DNA from: Nitrosopumilaceae archaeon
Lineage (GTDB): Archaea; Thermoproteota; Nitrososphaeria; Nitrososphaerales; Nitrosopumilaceae
DNA: 64,000 bases
Assembly (NCBI GenBank): GCA_965208905.1
Contig: OZ242365.1
Span: forward strand, 160,001-224,000
Direction of reading: 5' to 3'
The stretch's first letter is position 1; each line of letters begins with the position of its first letter. The notes beneath the pieces were generated by a model. It did not search any database. It saw only the letters and a program-made list of their open reading frames with translations, and was not told where the DNA came from. A program made the translations under genes and the position numbers. This document shows positions 1-9,086 of the stretch, piece by piece.

Positions 1-1503
1 AACCGGACATTATTCCACGCCGACAATCTCGACATATTACGTGGTATTGATACAGGTACAATACATCTTATCGCCACCGATCCACCCTTCAACAAAGGCC
101 GTGACTTTCATGCCACACCGGATAGTTTGGCAAAAGGCGCATCCTTTCAGGATAGATGGTCATGGAAGGATGATGTACATCCTGAATGGGTTGATCAACT
201 GGAGGATGACTGGCCTAAGGTATGGTCTACAATACAAGGTTCAAGGGATAGTTGGGGCGATGACATGGGCGCTTTTCTGTGCTTTATGGCAGTGCGCTTA
301 CTGGAGATGTATCGGGTGTTGCGGCCTGATGGTTCTTTGTATTTACATTGTGACCCTACGGCTTCACATTATCTTAAGGCATTGATGGATTCCATATTCG
401 ACAGATATAATTTCCGCAATGAGATTATCTGGAAAAAAATCAGGGTCAAAAAATCACAGTCAGATGGATTTGGTAATGTACACGACACCATCCTAGCATA
501 TAGGAAGACGTCTGATAGTGTATTTCACAGTCAGTATATACCGTATTCGGAAAAGTACATCAAGAGCCACTGGGGACAGACCGATGAAGACGGCAGACGA
601 TACCAGCTCATAGCCATAGACCAACAGGGGGCGGGCCCGCCCAGATGTTTCAACGGTAAGCTGATTGAACCGCCGGAAGGCAAACATTGGATCTGGACGC
701 AGGATAAAATAGACCGGGGGCTGAAGGACGGCGTCATCGTATTCAACAGTAACGGACGACCGCGAATCAAAAAGTACCTCGATGAAATGAAGGGTGATAT
801 AGTTACCAACATGTGGGACGATATCATACCACTAAATTCCATGAGCAATGAACGCACCGGCTACCCCACACAGAAACCTCTTGCTCTCTACGAGCGGATT
901 ATCCGGGCATCAAGTAATGAAGGCGACATGGTTTTGGATCCTTTTGCAGGATGTGCCACCACCTGCGTGGCGGCAGAGCGTCTAGGCCGGCAGTGGATAG
1001 GTATTGACATTTGGGACGGCGCTCATGATGTTACTATACAACGTCTCAAAAAAGAGGGGTTCTTGGCTACACCTGATGACAACCGCCCCGACTTGTTGAT
1101 AACAGAGGGACACATCACATATACGACAAAACCCCCTAGACGCACTGACAGTGGCGAGTATGCCGTCCCATTCCTCAAAACCATCAAACAAGTACATGAA
1201 CCACCCGGCCCTAAGATGAACCGTACACAGATGCGCAACTTCCTACTAGACCAGAACGGACCTATGTGCCAAGGATGTGACCGTGTCTTTGATGATCCAC
1301 GATATTTGGAACTAGACCATAACACGCCCCGCGCCGATGGCGGACTCAATCATATTAGCAACCGCATACTATTATGTGGTCCTTGTAACAAGCTCAAGAG
1401 CCATACTTTAACACTTTCAGGCTTACGGCGAGAAAATAAGAAACGTGGTTACATGCAAGACCCGACCAATCGACCTACACCCAAACAGGCAAAACTGTTT
1501 TGA
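1..1503 (+). CDS. N6/N4 DNA methyltransferase fused to C-terminal HNH endonuclease (5' end lies before the window)
   Basis: Frame is open from base 1 (NRTLFHADNLDILRG...ATDPPFN, catalytic motif IV), followed by YPTQKP and VLDPFAGCATT (SAM-binding motif I). C-terminal CQGC...LELDHNTP...GG...N...LCGPCN is a Zn-HNH motif. Confidence 0.9.
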   Translation, partial: NRTLFHADNLDILRGIDTGTIHLIATDPPFNKGRDFHATPDSLAKGASFQDRWSWKDDVHPEWVDQLEDDWPKVWSTIQGSRDSWGDDMGAFLCFMAVRLLEMYRVLRPDGSLYLHCDPTASHYLKALMDSIFDRYNFRNEIIWKKIRVKKSQSDGFGNVHDTILAYRKTSDSVFHSQYIPYSEKYIKSHWGQTDEDGRRYQLIAIDQQGAGPPRCFNGKLIEPPEGKHWIWTQDKIDRGLKDGVIVFNSNGRPRIKKYLDEMKGDIVTNMWDDIIPLNSMSNERTGYPTQKPLALYERIIRASSNEGDMVLDPFAGCATTCVAAERLGRQWIGIDIWDGAHDVTIQRLKKEGFLATPDDNRPDLLITEGHITYTTKPPRRTDSGEYAVPFLKTIKQVHEPPGPKMNRTQMRNFLLDQNGPMCQGCDRVFDDPRYLELDHNTPRADGGLNHISNRILLCGPCNKLKSHTLTLSGLRRENKKRGYMQDPTNRPTPKQAKLF

Positions 1504-1511
1504 ATTGCCAC

Positions 1512-1563
1512 CCATCACACAGATTTGACAGTGTTATCCATCACACAAGTTTTTGACAGTTCC
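1512..1563. repeat. Degenerate tandem repeat CCATCACA..TTTGACAGT; possible IS-end-like sequence
   Basis: ccatcacacagatttgacagt (1512-1532) and ccatcacacaagtttttgacagttcc (1538-1563); overlapping TTGAC/GTCAA inverted pair at 1553-1568. Confidence 0.55.
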
Positions 1564-1678
1564 GTCAATACACAAAAAATTTGGGCATGCAACACGTGTT
1601 TGAGCATGTCAGGAAGGTAGCAGAAGTGGCGTACATTATAGCAAATAACACGGGAAAGGATACCACGGTGTTAATGCA

Positions 1679-3040
1679 TTGATGTATGGTACAATGCGCG
1701 GTCCTGACCCCAAAGTACGTTCATCCATAACGCAGACCGCCATACGGGACGGAGTTGCCGCCCATAAAACGTACAATACAAAGACTGCGCAGGGCATGAA
1801 GGTGTCTGAGCCCGTGTTTCGCAATCCGGTTGTAAAGTTGAAAAACCAAGATTGGGGGCTGAATCCGATAGCGGGTGGATATATGGCTATTGCAAATGTT
1901 GGCTCATCAAAACATCGACGTATAATAGCAATTCCCGTCTCTTCAGATGTGGTACGCAGAATAGGACAAAATGAACTAGGTGAGTTGTGGATCACACCAA
2001 CCACATATACCATTACATATTACAACAAAGTGCCCAAGGTTGAAAAACCCCACCCACACGGCAAGTCGGAGATTATTGAACTACTTACGGATGTGGGATA
2101 TGTGGGTGGCACACCAAAGGATGTAATTGGCGTGGATATTAATGAAAAGAACATCACCGTAGGCGACAAGAATACAATGGTACGGTTTGATCTATCCGAT
2201 ACCATACAGGCCATTGAGGAGGCAGAGACCGAAGATGCAAACAATACGTATACACGTACACATGATAATGCCGCATATGCGGCACGTACCGGAAGGTGCA
2301 TTACACACAAGAAAGAGGAGGAGCGCAGAGAAAGGCAACAAGTCACACATGGCGGTCCCAAACTACACAGCAAACTCAAACGCAGATACAGGAAACTCAA
2401 GAGGGCCGGCAAACACAAGAGGGCCGCCGAGATAAAGAAGCAGATGAGCAGATGTATACTGAGCATACCACATAACCACACAAAGTCAAAAAAGAATGCT
2501 AAAAAGCGCAGGATGACCAAAGCCGTGCGCCGCCACGAACATGTGCTGAACGTAATAGCGTTATGTATAGCACAATGGGCCGCACAATCCGGATGCTTGG
2601 TTATGTTGGAGGATTTGACCCATATATCATACAATTGGCAGAAGGGGGGAAAGTTTGGACGTAGTATACGTCGCAGATTATATTCTGCCATGATGCGAAA
2701 GGCATCGAATTTAATTTATGAAAAGTCCCAATTTTTGGGAGTGGGGGCACTACATATGCGTCCACACAACACATCCAAGCTATGTGCTGGATGTCGAACC
2801 CCACTAACTGGAACTTATCATAAAAAAGACTGCACCCACTGCCATACAGTTGGCGTAGATCGTGACGTCAACGCAGTGGAGAACATACGGCGAACAAGCG
2901 CCGTATCCCGATATGGTCGTAAGGTTTCGGCCAGTCTGGGCGAAGTCCGTCGTGGTGTGGATGTAATACTCGATCCCACACCACTCATACAGGGTTGCTG
3001 GAGCAACTGGGCTGACAGACTATCCCGTATGGTGATGTGA
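1679..3040 (+). CDS. tnpB: TnpB-family RNA-guided RuvC nuclease with basic insertion; 5' end probably frameshifted or truncated
   Basis: RuvC-I VIGVDINE, RuvC-II LVMLEDL, Zn ribbon NTSKLCAGC...CTHC, RuvC-III DRDVNAVENI. Confidence 0.85.
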   Translation: MMYGTMRGPDPKVRSSITQTAIRDGVAAHKTYNTKTAQGMKVSEPVFRNPVVKLKNQDWGLNPIAGGYMAIANVGSSKHRRIIAIPVSSDVVRRIGQNELGELWITPTTYTITYYNKVPKVEKPHPHGKSEIIELLTDVGYVGGTPKDVIGVDINEKNITVGDKNTMVRFDLSDTIQAIEEAETEDANNTYTRTHDNAAYAARTGRCITHKKEEERRERQQVTHGGPKLHSKLKRRYRKLKRAGKHKRAAEIKKQMSRCILSIPHNHTKSKKNAKKRRMTKAVRRHEHVLNVIALCIAQWAAQSGCLVMLEDLTHISYNWQKGGKFGRSIRRRLYSAMMRKASNLIYEKSQFLGVGALHMRPHNTSKLCAGCRTPLTGTYHKKDCTHCHTVGVDRDVNAVENIRRTSAVSRYGRKVSASLGEVRRGVDVILDPTPLIQGCWSNWADRLSRMVM

Positions 3041-3170
3041 CATCACCCGACTTTGCGGGAGGAACCCGGCATAAGAAAACATAAATAGAATTTGCCAAAA
3101 TCATATATGACATCGATTCAAACCGATCGGGGAACAAAGCTGGCAGTCAGTGCGTTGACTGTCAGCCCCA
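3009..3170 (+). ncRNA. Candidate omegaRNA/right-end structured RNA of the first tnpB
   Basis: Inverted repeat ggtgatgt/acatcacc (3031-3047), hairpin gctggcagtca/tgactgtcagc (3139-3166) and long-range complement 3009-3018 with 3159-3168, all at the tnpB 3' end. Confidence 0.45.
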
Positions 3171-4925
3171 TTATGTTATTGTATTTAGGCGGCTATACAA
3201 GGAGTCTACATAGTCAAAGCCTTCTCGCCAAAAGTTTGCCGAGCCGATGTCAAATCCATACTTTTGTAGTAGTGTCTCGGGCTTTTGGGAGCCGCCAGCA
3301 GATAAGATTCCCAAGTATGAGGGTACAAAGTCACCACCTTCTTGTTTGTATCTCTGAAACAGTGAAGCGGCTAACAGATTGCCAAATGCATACGAGTAGC
3401 AGTAAAATGGCGAGTGGTAAAAGTGTGGAATTGCCAGCCACTCGGAGGCAAATACATCATTGACCTGTACAGAGTCGGCAAACTGTCTGTGTAGTGTGTC
3501 TATGTATACATCAGAGATTTGAGCTGCTGTAGCGCCTTCTGATAGTCTTTCGTGTGCCTGAATCTCAAACTGTGTAAAGAATGCCTGGCGCAGTATTGTA
3601 GCGTAGAGGTCATCTATCTTGCCGGCCAGCACAGATACCTGCTCGGAGGAATCCATCATGTCTAACATTACATCGAACAGAAGCATCTCAGAGAATGTGG
3701 AGGCTGTCTCAGCCAGAGGCAGAGGTGCATGCTGCACCAGTATAGATTTGGAGGATGCGGCGATGCTGTGTATGGCATGGCCTAGTTCATGAGCGAGTGT
3801 AAAGACATCCCTGGACTCACCGGTATAATTTAGTAGTACAAAGGGCGTAATCTTTGGGGATATGGTACTGCAGAACGCCCCACTCATCTTGCCCGGGTGC
3901 AGCTTAGAGTGGACATGTCCTTGGTCAAATACGCTCTTGGCATAATCGCCCACGGTATCACTAAACCTGTAGAATGTGTCAAGGACCATGTTTACTGCCT
4001 CATTGTAGGTGTATGACTTTTCTGAATCTGTCATGGGCGCATATACATCATATCTAGATAGTCTCTTCATGTGTAGTATGGAGGCTTTTTTGGTAAAGTA
4101 TCGCTGAAATGTATCAGCACGCTCAGAGCAGACATTCAGCAAGGCATTTACGGTAGAGTCGTCTATGTTGCTGCCAGCATTCATCACCGATATTGGAGAG
4201 TCATATCCGCGCAGAGATACAAACTCGTTGCGATAGTTCAATACTACATTGTGGTATATCTCGCCTAGTACGTTACGACTTTGACTGTATTTATGCAAGA
4301 GTGCATCGTATGCTGTTTTACGTGCGGCATGGTCTGCATCTCGAACGTATACCATCAACTCTTCACGGCTCAAACTCTTCTGTTTGTCGCGTATGGTGAC
4401 ATCATAGATGTATGCGTTTGTTATTGTGTCGTATAGTTTCACCAAGGCCGAGGCGCCAGTCACATCTAGAAGGTTGATTATCTGCTCTTCGCCTTCTTTG
4501 AGTGAGTGTTTGGCCAGATGTCTCTTGTGTAGTAGCATGTTAGAGAGATCAGCTGATGACTTGGCTAGACGGTCAGCGTTATCAGTATCAATGTCACGCT
4601 TCCACCACAGATCAAAGAAGAGTATATCATTGTGTATCTCGGATGCTATCTGGCTTATTCGTGTCTTTAGGGCAGATGCCTCCTCAGATTGTGTGTCTTG
4701 AGCATATATCAAAGAGGTGTGGCCGCCTATACGGGCCAACTGCTCGCTTATCTCTTCTAACTTACACAGTATATTGCAAAACTCGGATGCAGGTATCTTT
4801 GGGTTCAGAGATGGTCGCATATCTGCAAATGTATCTGCACTGTGACGCGCATCGGATATCAACTGCTCAAGTGTCTGGTCTGCTAGTATGCCATCAAGAC
4901 TCCAAGAACCCATCGTATATGCCAT
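3171..4925 (-). CDS. pepF: M3B oligoendopeptidase F
   Basis: HELGH zincin motif, AETASTFSE, PHFYHSPFYCYSYAFG. Confidence 0.92.
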   Translation of the reverse strand: MAYTMGSWSLDGILADQTLEQLISDARHSADTFADMRPSLNPKIPASEFCNILCKLEEISEQLARIGGHTSLIYAQDTQSEEASALKTRISQIASEIHNDILFFDLWWKRDIDTDNADRLAKSSADLSNMLLHKRHLAKHSLKEGEEQIINLLDVTGASALVKLYDTITNAYIYDVTIRDKQKSLSREELMVYVRDADHAARKTAYDALLHKYSQSRNVLGEIYHNVVLNYRNEFVSLRGYDSPISVMNAGSNIDDSTVNALLNVCSERADTFQRYFTKKASILHMKRLSRYDVYAPMTDSEKSYTYNEAVNMVLDTFYRFSDTVGDYAKSVFDQGHVHSKLHPGKMSGAFCSTISPKITPFVLLNYTGESRDVFTLAHELGHAIHSIAASSKSILVQHAPLPLAETASTFSEMLLFDVMLDMMDSSEQVSVLAGKIDDLYATILRQAFFTQFEIQAHERLSEGATAAQISDVYIDTLHRQFADSVQVNDVFASEWLAIPHFYHSPFYCYSYAFGNLLAASLFQRYKQEGGDFVPSYLGILSAGGSQKPETLLQKYGFDIGSANFWREGFDYVDSLYSRLNTIT

Positions 4926-5179
4926 ATTGGTAGTTACACAGACACGTCTCTAAATGTGTTGGTATATTTATGGTGTACGCTACAAAGTTGGGCCATGGTT
5001 GGAAGAGTTGATGCAATGATCTTTAATAACACTATCATGGATAATAGGCATCATGTAGGACATGACATCCAACTTTATACAATACCAGATATCATCTGAG
5101 AGCTCAGACTATCAGTGTATAATTGTGCAGGTAATATGCCAAAGATGTGATTCTACATTGGGCAGAAAGTGTCGTATAG

Positions 5180-5713
5180 TTATTTGAGCGTGTGGCGGTA
5201 TCTCTTGTGCGAGTCCACAACGACTCTTTTGGCATCCTTGGATGACTTCCAGCCCAATATCTCCACTTTCTTTCCCTCCAAATCCTTGTACACCTGAAAG
5301 AAGTGAGCTATCTCAGAACGATAGTGGTCCTCGATATCGGTTATATCAGTGGTGTGTAGGTAGCGCGGGTCATTCATGGCGACGCATACCACTTTATCGT
5401 CAAGCTCGCCATCATCGGTCATCTGTAACAGTCCAATGGGGCGTGCCTCTATCAATATTCCAGGAAATGTGGGGTTTGTGACCAGAACCAGCGCATCTAG
5501 GGGGTCTGCATCTTCGGACAGCGTCTGGGGGACTATACCATAATCACCCGGATAGTGAAATGGGGAGAAGAGCACCCGGTCTAGTTTCATCATGTTGTTT
5601 GTCTTGTCGTACTCGTACTTGTTCATGGATCCCTTTGGTATCTCCACAATCACATTTATGATCTCGGGCATATCCATGCCTGTAATGATATCGTGCCAGT
5701 AGTTTTTACTCAA
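5180..5713 (-). CDS. ppa: Inorganic pyrophosphatase (start trimmed to TTG at 5713)
   Basis: IVEIPKGSMNKYEYD, DADPLDALV, DDK family I motifs. Confidence 0.93.
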   Translation of the reverse strand: MSKNYWHDIITGMDMPEIINVIVEIPKGSMNKYEYDKTNNMMKLDRVLFSPFHYPGDYGIVPQTLSEDADPLDALVLVTNPTFPGILIEARPIGLLQMTDDGELDDKVVCVAMNDPRYLHTTDITDIEDHYRSEIAHFFQVYKDLEGKKVEILGWKSSKDAKRVVVDSHKRYRHTLK

Positions 5714-5766
5714 CGTATACGAAACGATGCAACCATTATAACAAGTATTGCAAACATCATATCTGG

Positions 5767-6075
5767 ATGGTCCACCCCAAAGACGTTCCGGTATCAAAGA
5801 CGTTCACACTAAAGGATGTAACAGACGCCAACGAGGCAGTTGAGGATATGGTCAGTGTGGGGTTTGCAGGTAGAAAGGAGGGGTTCAAGGTGCTGATGCC
5901 TCGGGAGAAACGTATTGCAAAACGTATAGGATATACGGTTACGACGGGTGTATCGTATGGTCTGCGCAAGAGGGGGCATCCCAGAGATGTCAAATATTGG
6001 ACGTACATACATGATAAAGACCACTATGCCATAGTACTGGTGGACTCGGCCGTAGCAGACAAGCTAGGTCTTTGA
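5767..6075 (+). CDS. Hypothetical protein
   Basis: Clean ORF divergent from ppa with protein-like composition. Confidence 0.7.
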   Translation: MVHPKDVPVSKTFTLKDVTDANEAVEDMVSVGFAGRKEGFKVLMPREKRIAKRIGYTVTTGVSYGLRKRGHPRDVKYWTYIHDKDHYAIVLVDSAVADKLGL

Positions 6076-6726
6076 GTATATGCGGTGTAGTTTTGTTTGA
6101 TGGGCCAGTATTCCCGTCAAAAGGACTCCCAAGATTATACCGGCTATAACATCTGTCGGATAGTGCTGCAGTACCAGTACACGACTTATCGATACTGATG
6201 CAGGGTATATGAAGAGTAACAAGGCGCCGCGCGGAAATCTCATAGATAACGCATACGCCAGTAGTATGGCGATTATGGTTGAGCGTATGGCATGTCCGGA
6301 TGGGTACGATGCAGTTGCCCCGCCTTCACAGAATAGGGCGAATGTGTCTCGGCTCACTTCCACAGGTAGGTGTATCGCATCATACTGCTCCTGCGGTCTG
6401 TCACGGTCCACGCCGCACTTTATGTAGCCTGCCAGTATTGTGGATATTACAAGGAGAATCATCAATGTTATACCAATACGTCGGGTACGACGCACAATCA
6501 ATAGTATTATGGCCAGTACCAGCATGTATATGACATCGCCGGTCTCTGTTGTGATTTGTATCAAAAAGTCAATTGTTTCATCGCCACCAGTATTCTGGGC
6601 TAATACGATTGCGGACTGATCAAGATCATCTGTAGCGCCAGACATAATTAGTAGCGTAATAGAGACAAACAGCGCGGCCAAGAGCACCGATGGGCGTGAC
6701 CGCATTGGAAATATCCAGCCCTGCAC
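6064..6726 (-). CDS. PAP2-family phosphatase (membrane)
   Basis: K...RDRP, SYPSGHA, SRVLVLQHYPTDV motifs; start trimmed to GTG at 6726. Confidence 0.88.
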   Translation of the reverse strand: MQGWIFPMRSRPSVLLAALFVSITLLIMSGATDDLDQSAIVLAQNTGGDETIDFLIQITTETGDVIYMLVLAIILLIVRRTRRIGITLMILLVISTILAGYIKCGVDRDRPQEQYDAIHLPVEVSRDTFALFCEGGATASYPSGHAIRSTIIAILLAYALSMRFPRGALLLFIYPASVSISRVLVLQHYPTDVIAGIILGVLLTGILAHQTKLHRIYSKT

Positions 6727-6869
6727 AATGGCGCTACAACAACAGTATGTCTTTAATGTTTGTAAAGTACTTGAGATATAACTCTGGCGTGTATGTAGGC
6801 GCAGAATTATTCTGGAATTAAATTTTAGAGTCACTTCATGCGGCATGGACGACTTGGTGTGTAAGCCAA

Positions 6870-7088
6870 GTGGTTACACCCAAAAAATTAATGATTTTTA
6901 TAGGAATTTATGCAACGGCATTTGAATTGGGACGTCACGAAAAGTGTGCATTGTGCAACGGTACAATAACAAAGATGTATGCTGCAATGAAGGAGTGGTC
7001 CATATCCGGACATCTGTGTGGTGCGTGCTATTCGGCAAAGATCAGTGAGCACTATCCAGGAGAGCATGTACGTATGAAGACAGATTAA
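6870..7088 (+). CDS. Small zinc-finger hypothetical protein (true start probably downstream)
   Basis: CALC...LCGAC motif. Confidence 0.6.
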   Translation: MVTPKKLMIFIGIYATAFELGRHEKCALCNGTITKMYAAMKEWSISGHLCGACYSAKISEHYPGEHVRMKTD

Positions 7089-7127
7089 ATTCCAAGAGTT
7101 GTTATATGACACGTTATTTTACATTGT

Positions 7128-7418
7128 TTGATGGATAAGATAGAGTATGAGGGTACTGTCTGGGCCATTGATCACAAGTATCCAAAGCCGCTCATAGACC
7201 ACAGTCTGCACAAGTTGGAACAATACGGCATAGACCGTCAGGATATCGTCCTAACGGATGCGCCCAACGATGTAAAAGTTGGTGCCATTGTGGTAGACAT
7301 ATGGCCGTATCATCTAGATGTGAGTCGTGTCAGGACCATTCGTAATGAATCCTTCATCAGTGGCACTGTAATGACCATAGAGTTGAAATTGGATGATGAG
7401 GGCAACTATACAGATTGA
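7128..7418 (+). CDS. Hypothetical protein
   Basis: ORF in operon-like arrangement, overlapping the next gene by 4 nt. Confidence 0.7.
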   Translation: MMDKIEYEGTVWAIDHKYPKPLIDHSLHKLEQYGIDRQDIVLTDAPNDVKVGAIVVDIWPYHLDVSRVRTIRNESFISGTVMTIELKLDDEGNYTD

Positions 7419-7888
7419 AGGTTGGAATCATTATACTACTAGTAGTAGCGGCAATATCTGCAATAATAGGACTAAACCAGTATTGGGCTGAAGAGACCCG
7501 CCAGCAGGGATTCATCTTTGGAAATGAGCTGCAACAGATACAACAAGATGTCAGGGATTTACAGACCAAATTTTATGCAGATATAGACATATGGGAGGAG
7601 GGTCAGATAAGCCGTACAGAGTTACAAGAGAGATTACAGTTTCATGTGGATGAATTTCATGATGTATTGACTCGATACGATACTCTAGAACCACCAGATG
7701 GTTTTGCCGGGGCAGTGGAGTTGTTCCGACTATCATCACAAGCACAGTTAGAGAGTGATGAACAGTACATACTGTGGATTACAACGTCTGATGAGTCTGC
7801 AAAGACACGCTCGGACCTACAGTTAAAGGAGTCGTTTGATTTAGAGATGTCAGCCTTAGCCGAGTATAACCAAGCAAAGGGTCCCTGA
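7415..7888 (+). CDS. Membrane-anchored helical hypothetical protein
   Basis: N-terminal hydrophobic segment followed by an acidic helical domain. Confidence 0.7.
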   Translation: MKVGIIILLVVAAISAIIGLNQYWAEETRQQGFIFGNELQQIQQDVRDLQTKFYADIDIWEEGQISRTELQERLQFHVDEFHDVLTRYDTLEPPDGFAGAVELFRLSSQAQLESDEQYILWITTSDESAKTRSDLQLKESFDLEMSALAEYNQAKGP

Positions 7889-7922
7889 AGGTATAATAGT
7901 GATACAGAATATCGCCGATATA

Positions 7923-8867
7923 ATGAATACTGTAAGAATTCCCAAAGTTATTAATTTTGGCGAGGATGCATTAGGCAACACAACATACCCTGACAATGCA
8001 CTGATTGTAACAACGGCTCCACCTCCGCTATCGGACAAGTGGATCAAAAAAATGGGCATTAAAGACTATATGTTATTCGATAAGGTGACACCAGAACCAT
8101 CCATAAATGATGTAAATCAGGTCATTAGTGAATACAAAGACAAGAATCCATCAGTACTGATAGGTCTTGGTGGAGGTAGTTCTATGGACGTTGTAAAGTA
8201 TGCCGCCCCAGAGATGAAAAAGTCAAAGATTCTGATTCCCACAACATTTGGTACAGGGGCCGAGATGACAACATACTGTGTGTTAAAGTTTGATGGAAAG
8301 AAAAAGTTGTTACGAGAAGATAGGTTTTTGGCAGATATGGCAGTAGTAGACTCTTACTTTATGGATGGAACCCCAAAACAGATAGTGAACAATTCAGTAT
8401 GTGATGCCCTGGCACAAGCATCAGAAGGCCATGACAGTGAACTAGGAAATGAACTGACTCGAATGTTCTGCAAGGAGGCATTCGATAGGCTTTATGATGC
8501 CATAATGAATGACAGGCCTCAAGACTACCCGTATGGTTCGATGCTGTCAGGTATAGGATTTGGTAACTGTTCGACCACCTTAGGACATGCGCTCTCGTAT
8601 GTATTCTCCAATGAAGGTGTACCTCATGGATACTCACTATCTTCGTGTACCACAATAGCGCACAAATTCAACAACTCTCCGTTCTATGAAAAATTCAAGG
8701 AATGCATGGAGAAGTTGGGCTTTGAAAGGATGGACCTAAAAGCAGATGTCGCCGAAGCTGCCGCAGTTGTAATGACCGACAAGGGGCATTTGGATCCCAA
8801 TCCAAAACCCGTTACAGAGCAGGATGTCATACAATGCCTAAATGACATAAAAGCGTACAACCTCTAA
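7923..8867 (+). CDS. Iron-containing alcohol dehydrogenase, likely malonic semialdehyde reductase of the HP/HB cycle
   Basis: GLGGGSSMD, IPTTFGTGAE, GHALS...PHG metal motifs; sequence closely resembles my recollection of N. maritimus Nmar_1110. Confidence 0.85.
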   Translation: MNTVRIPKVINFGEDALGNTTYPDNALIVTTAPPPLSDKWIKKMGIKDYMLFDKVTPEPSINDVNQVISEYKDKNPSVLIGLGGGSSMDVVKYAAPEMKKSKILIPTTFGTGAEMTTYCVLKFDGKKKLLREDRFLADMAVVDSYFMDGTPKQIVNNSVCDALAQASEGHDSELGNELTRMFCKEAFDRLYDAIMNDRPQDYPYGSMLSGIGFGNCSTTLGHALSYVFSNEGVPHGYSLSSCTTIAHKFNNSPFYEKFKECMEKLGFERMDLKADVAEAAAVVMTDKGHLDPNPKPVTEQDVIQCLNDIKAYNL

Positions 8868-8912
8868 AGATATTTTTTATTACACATCAAGCGCGGCTGT
8901 AGTGTTGCGTTT

Positions 8913-9086
8913 TTACTGACCCCAATCTTCACCTATTGACTCGGCGACTTGTAGTGATATGGCTCCGTCGGAGTTTTGTAGTTCGTAACTCTGCCCACAA
9001 TCCGGGCACGCAACAATCTCACCCTGTACCGAGTCGGCAGGTATAGGCAGTTCCGCATCGCATTCTGGACATAGTAAAGATCCCAT
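8913..9086 (-). CDS. lysW: LysW/ArgW-like amino-group carrier protein (57 aa, not in ORF track)
   Basis: Manual translation MGSLLCPECDAELPIPADSVQGEIVACPDCGQSYELQNSDGAISLQVAESIGEDWGQ: two CxxC motifs and an EDWG tail. Confidence 0.9.
   Translation of the reverse strand: MGSLLCPECDAELPIPADSVQGEIVACPDCGQSYELQNSDGAISLQVAESIGEDWGQ

Noticed and set aside
3047-3058. CCGACTTTGCGG also found near 23298
   Set aside because: A single 12-mer match is expected by chance in 64 kb and the flanks do not align
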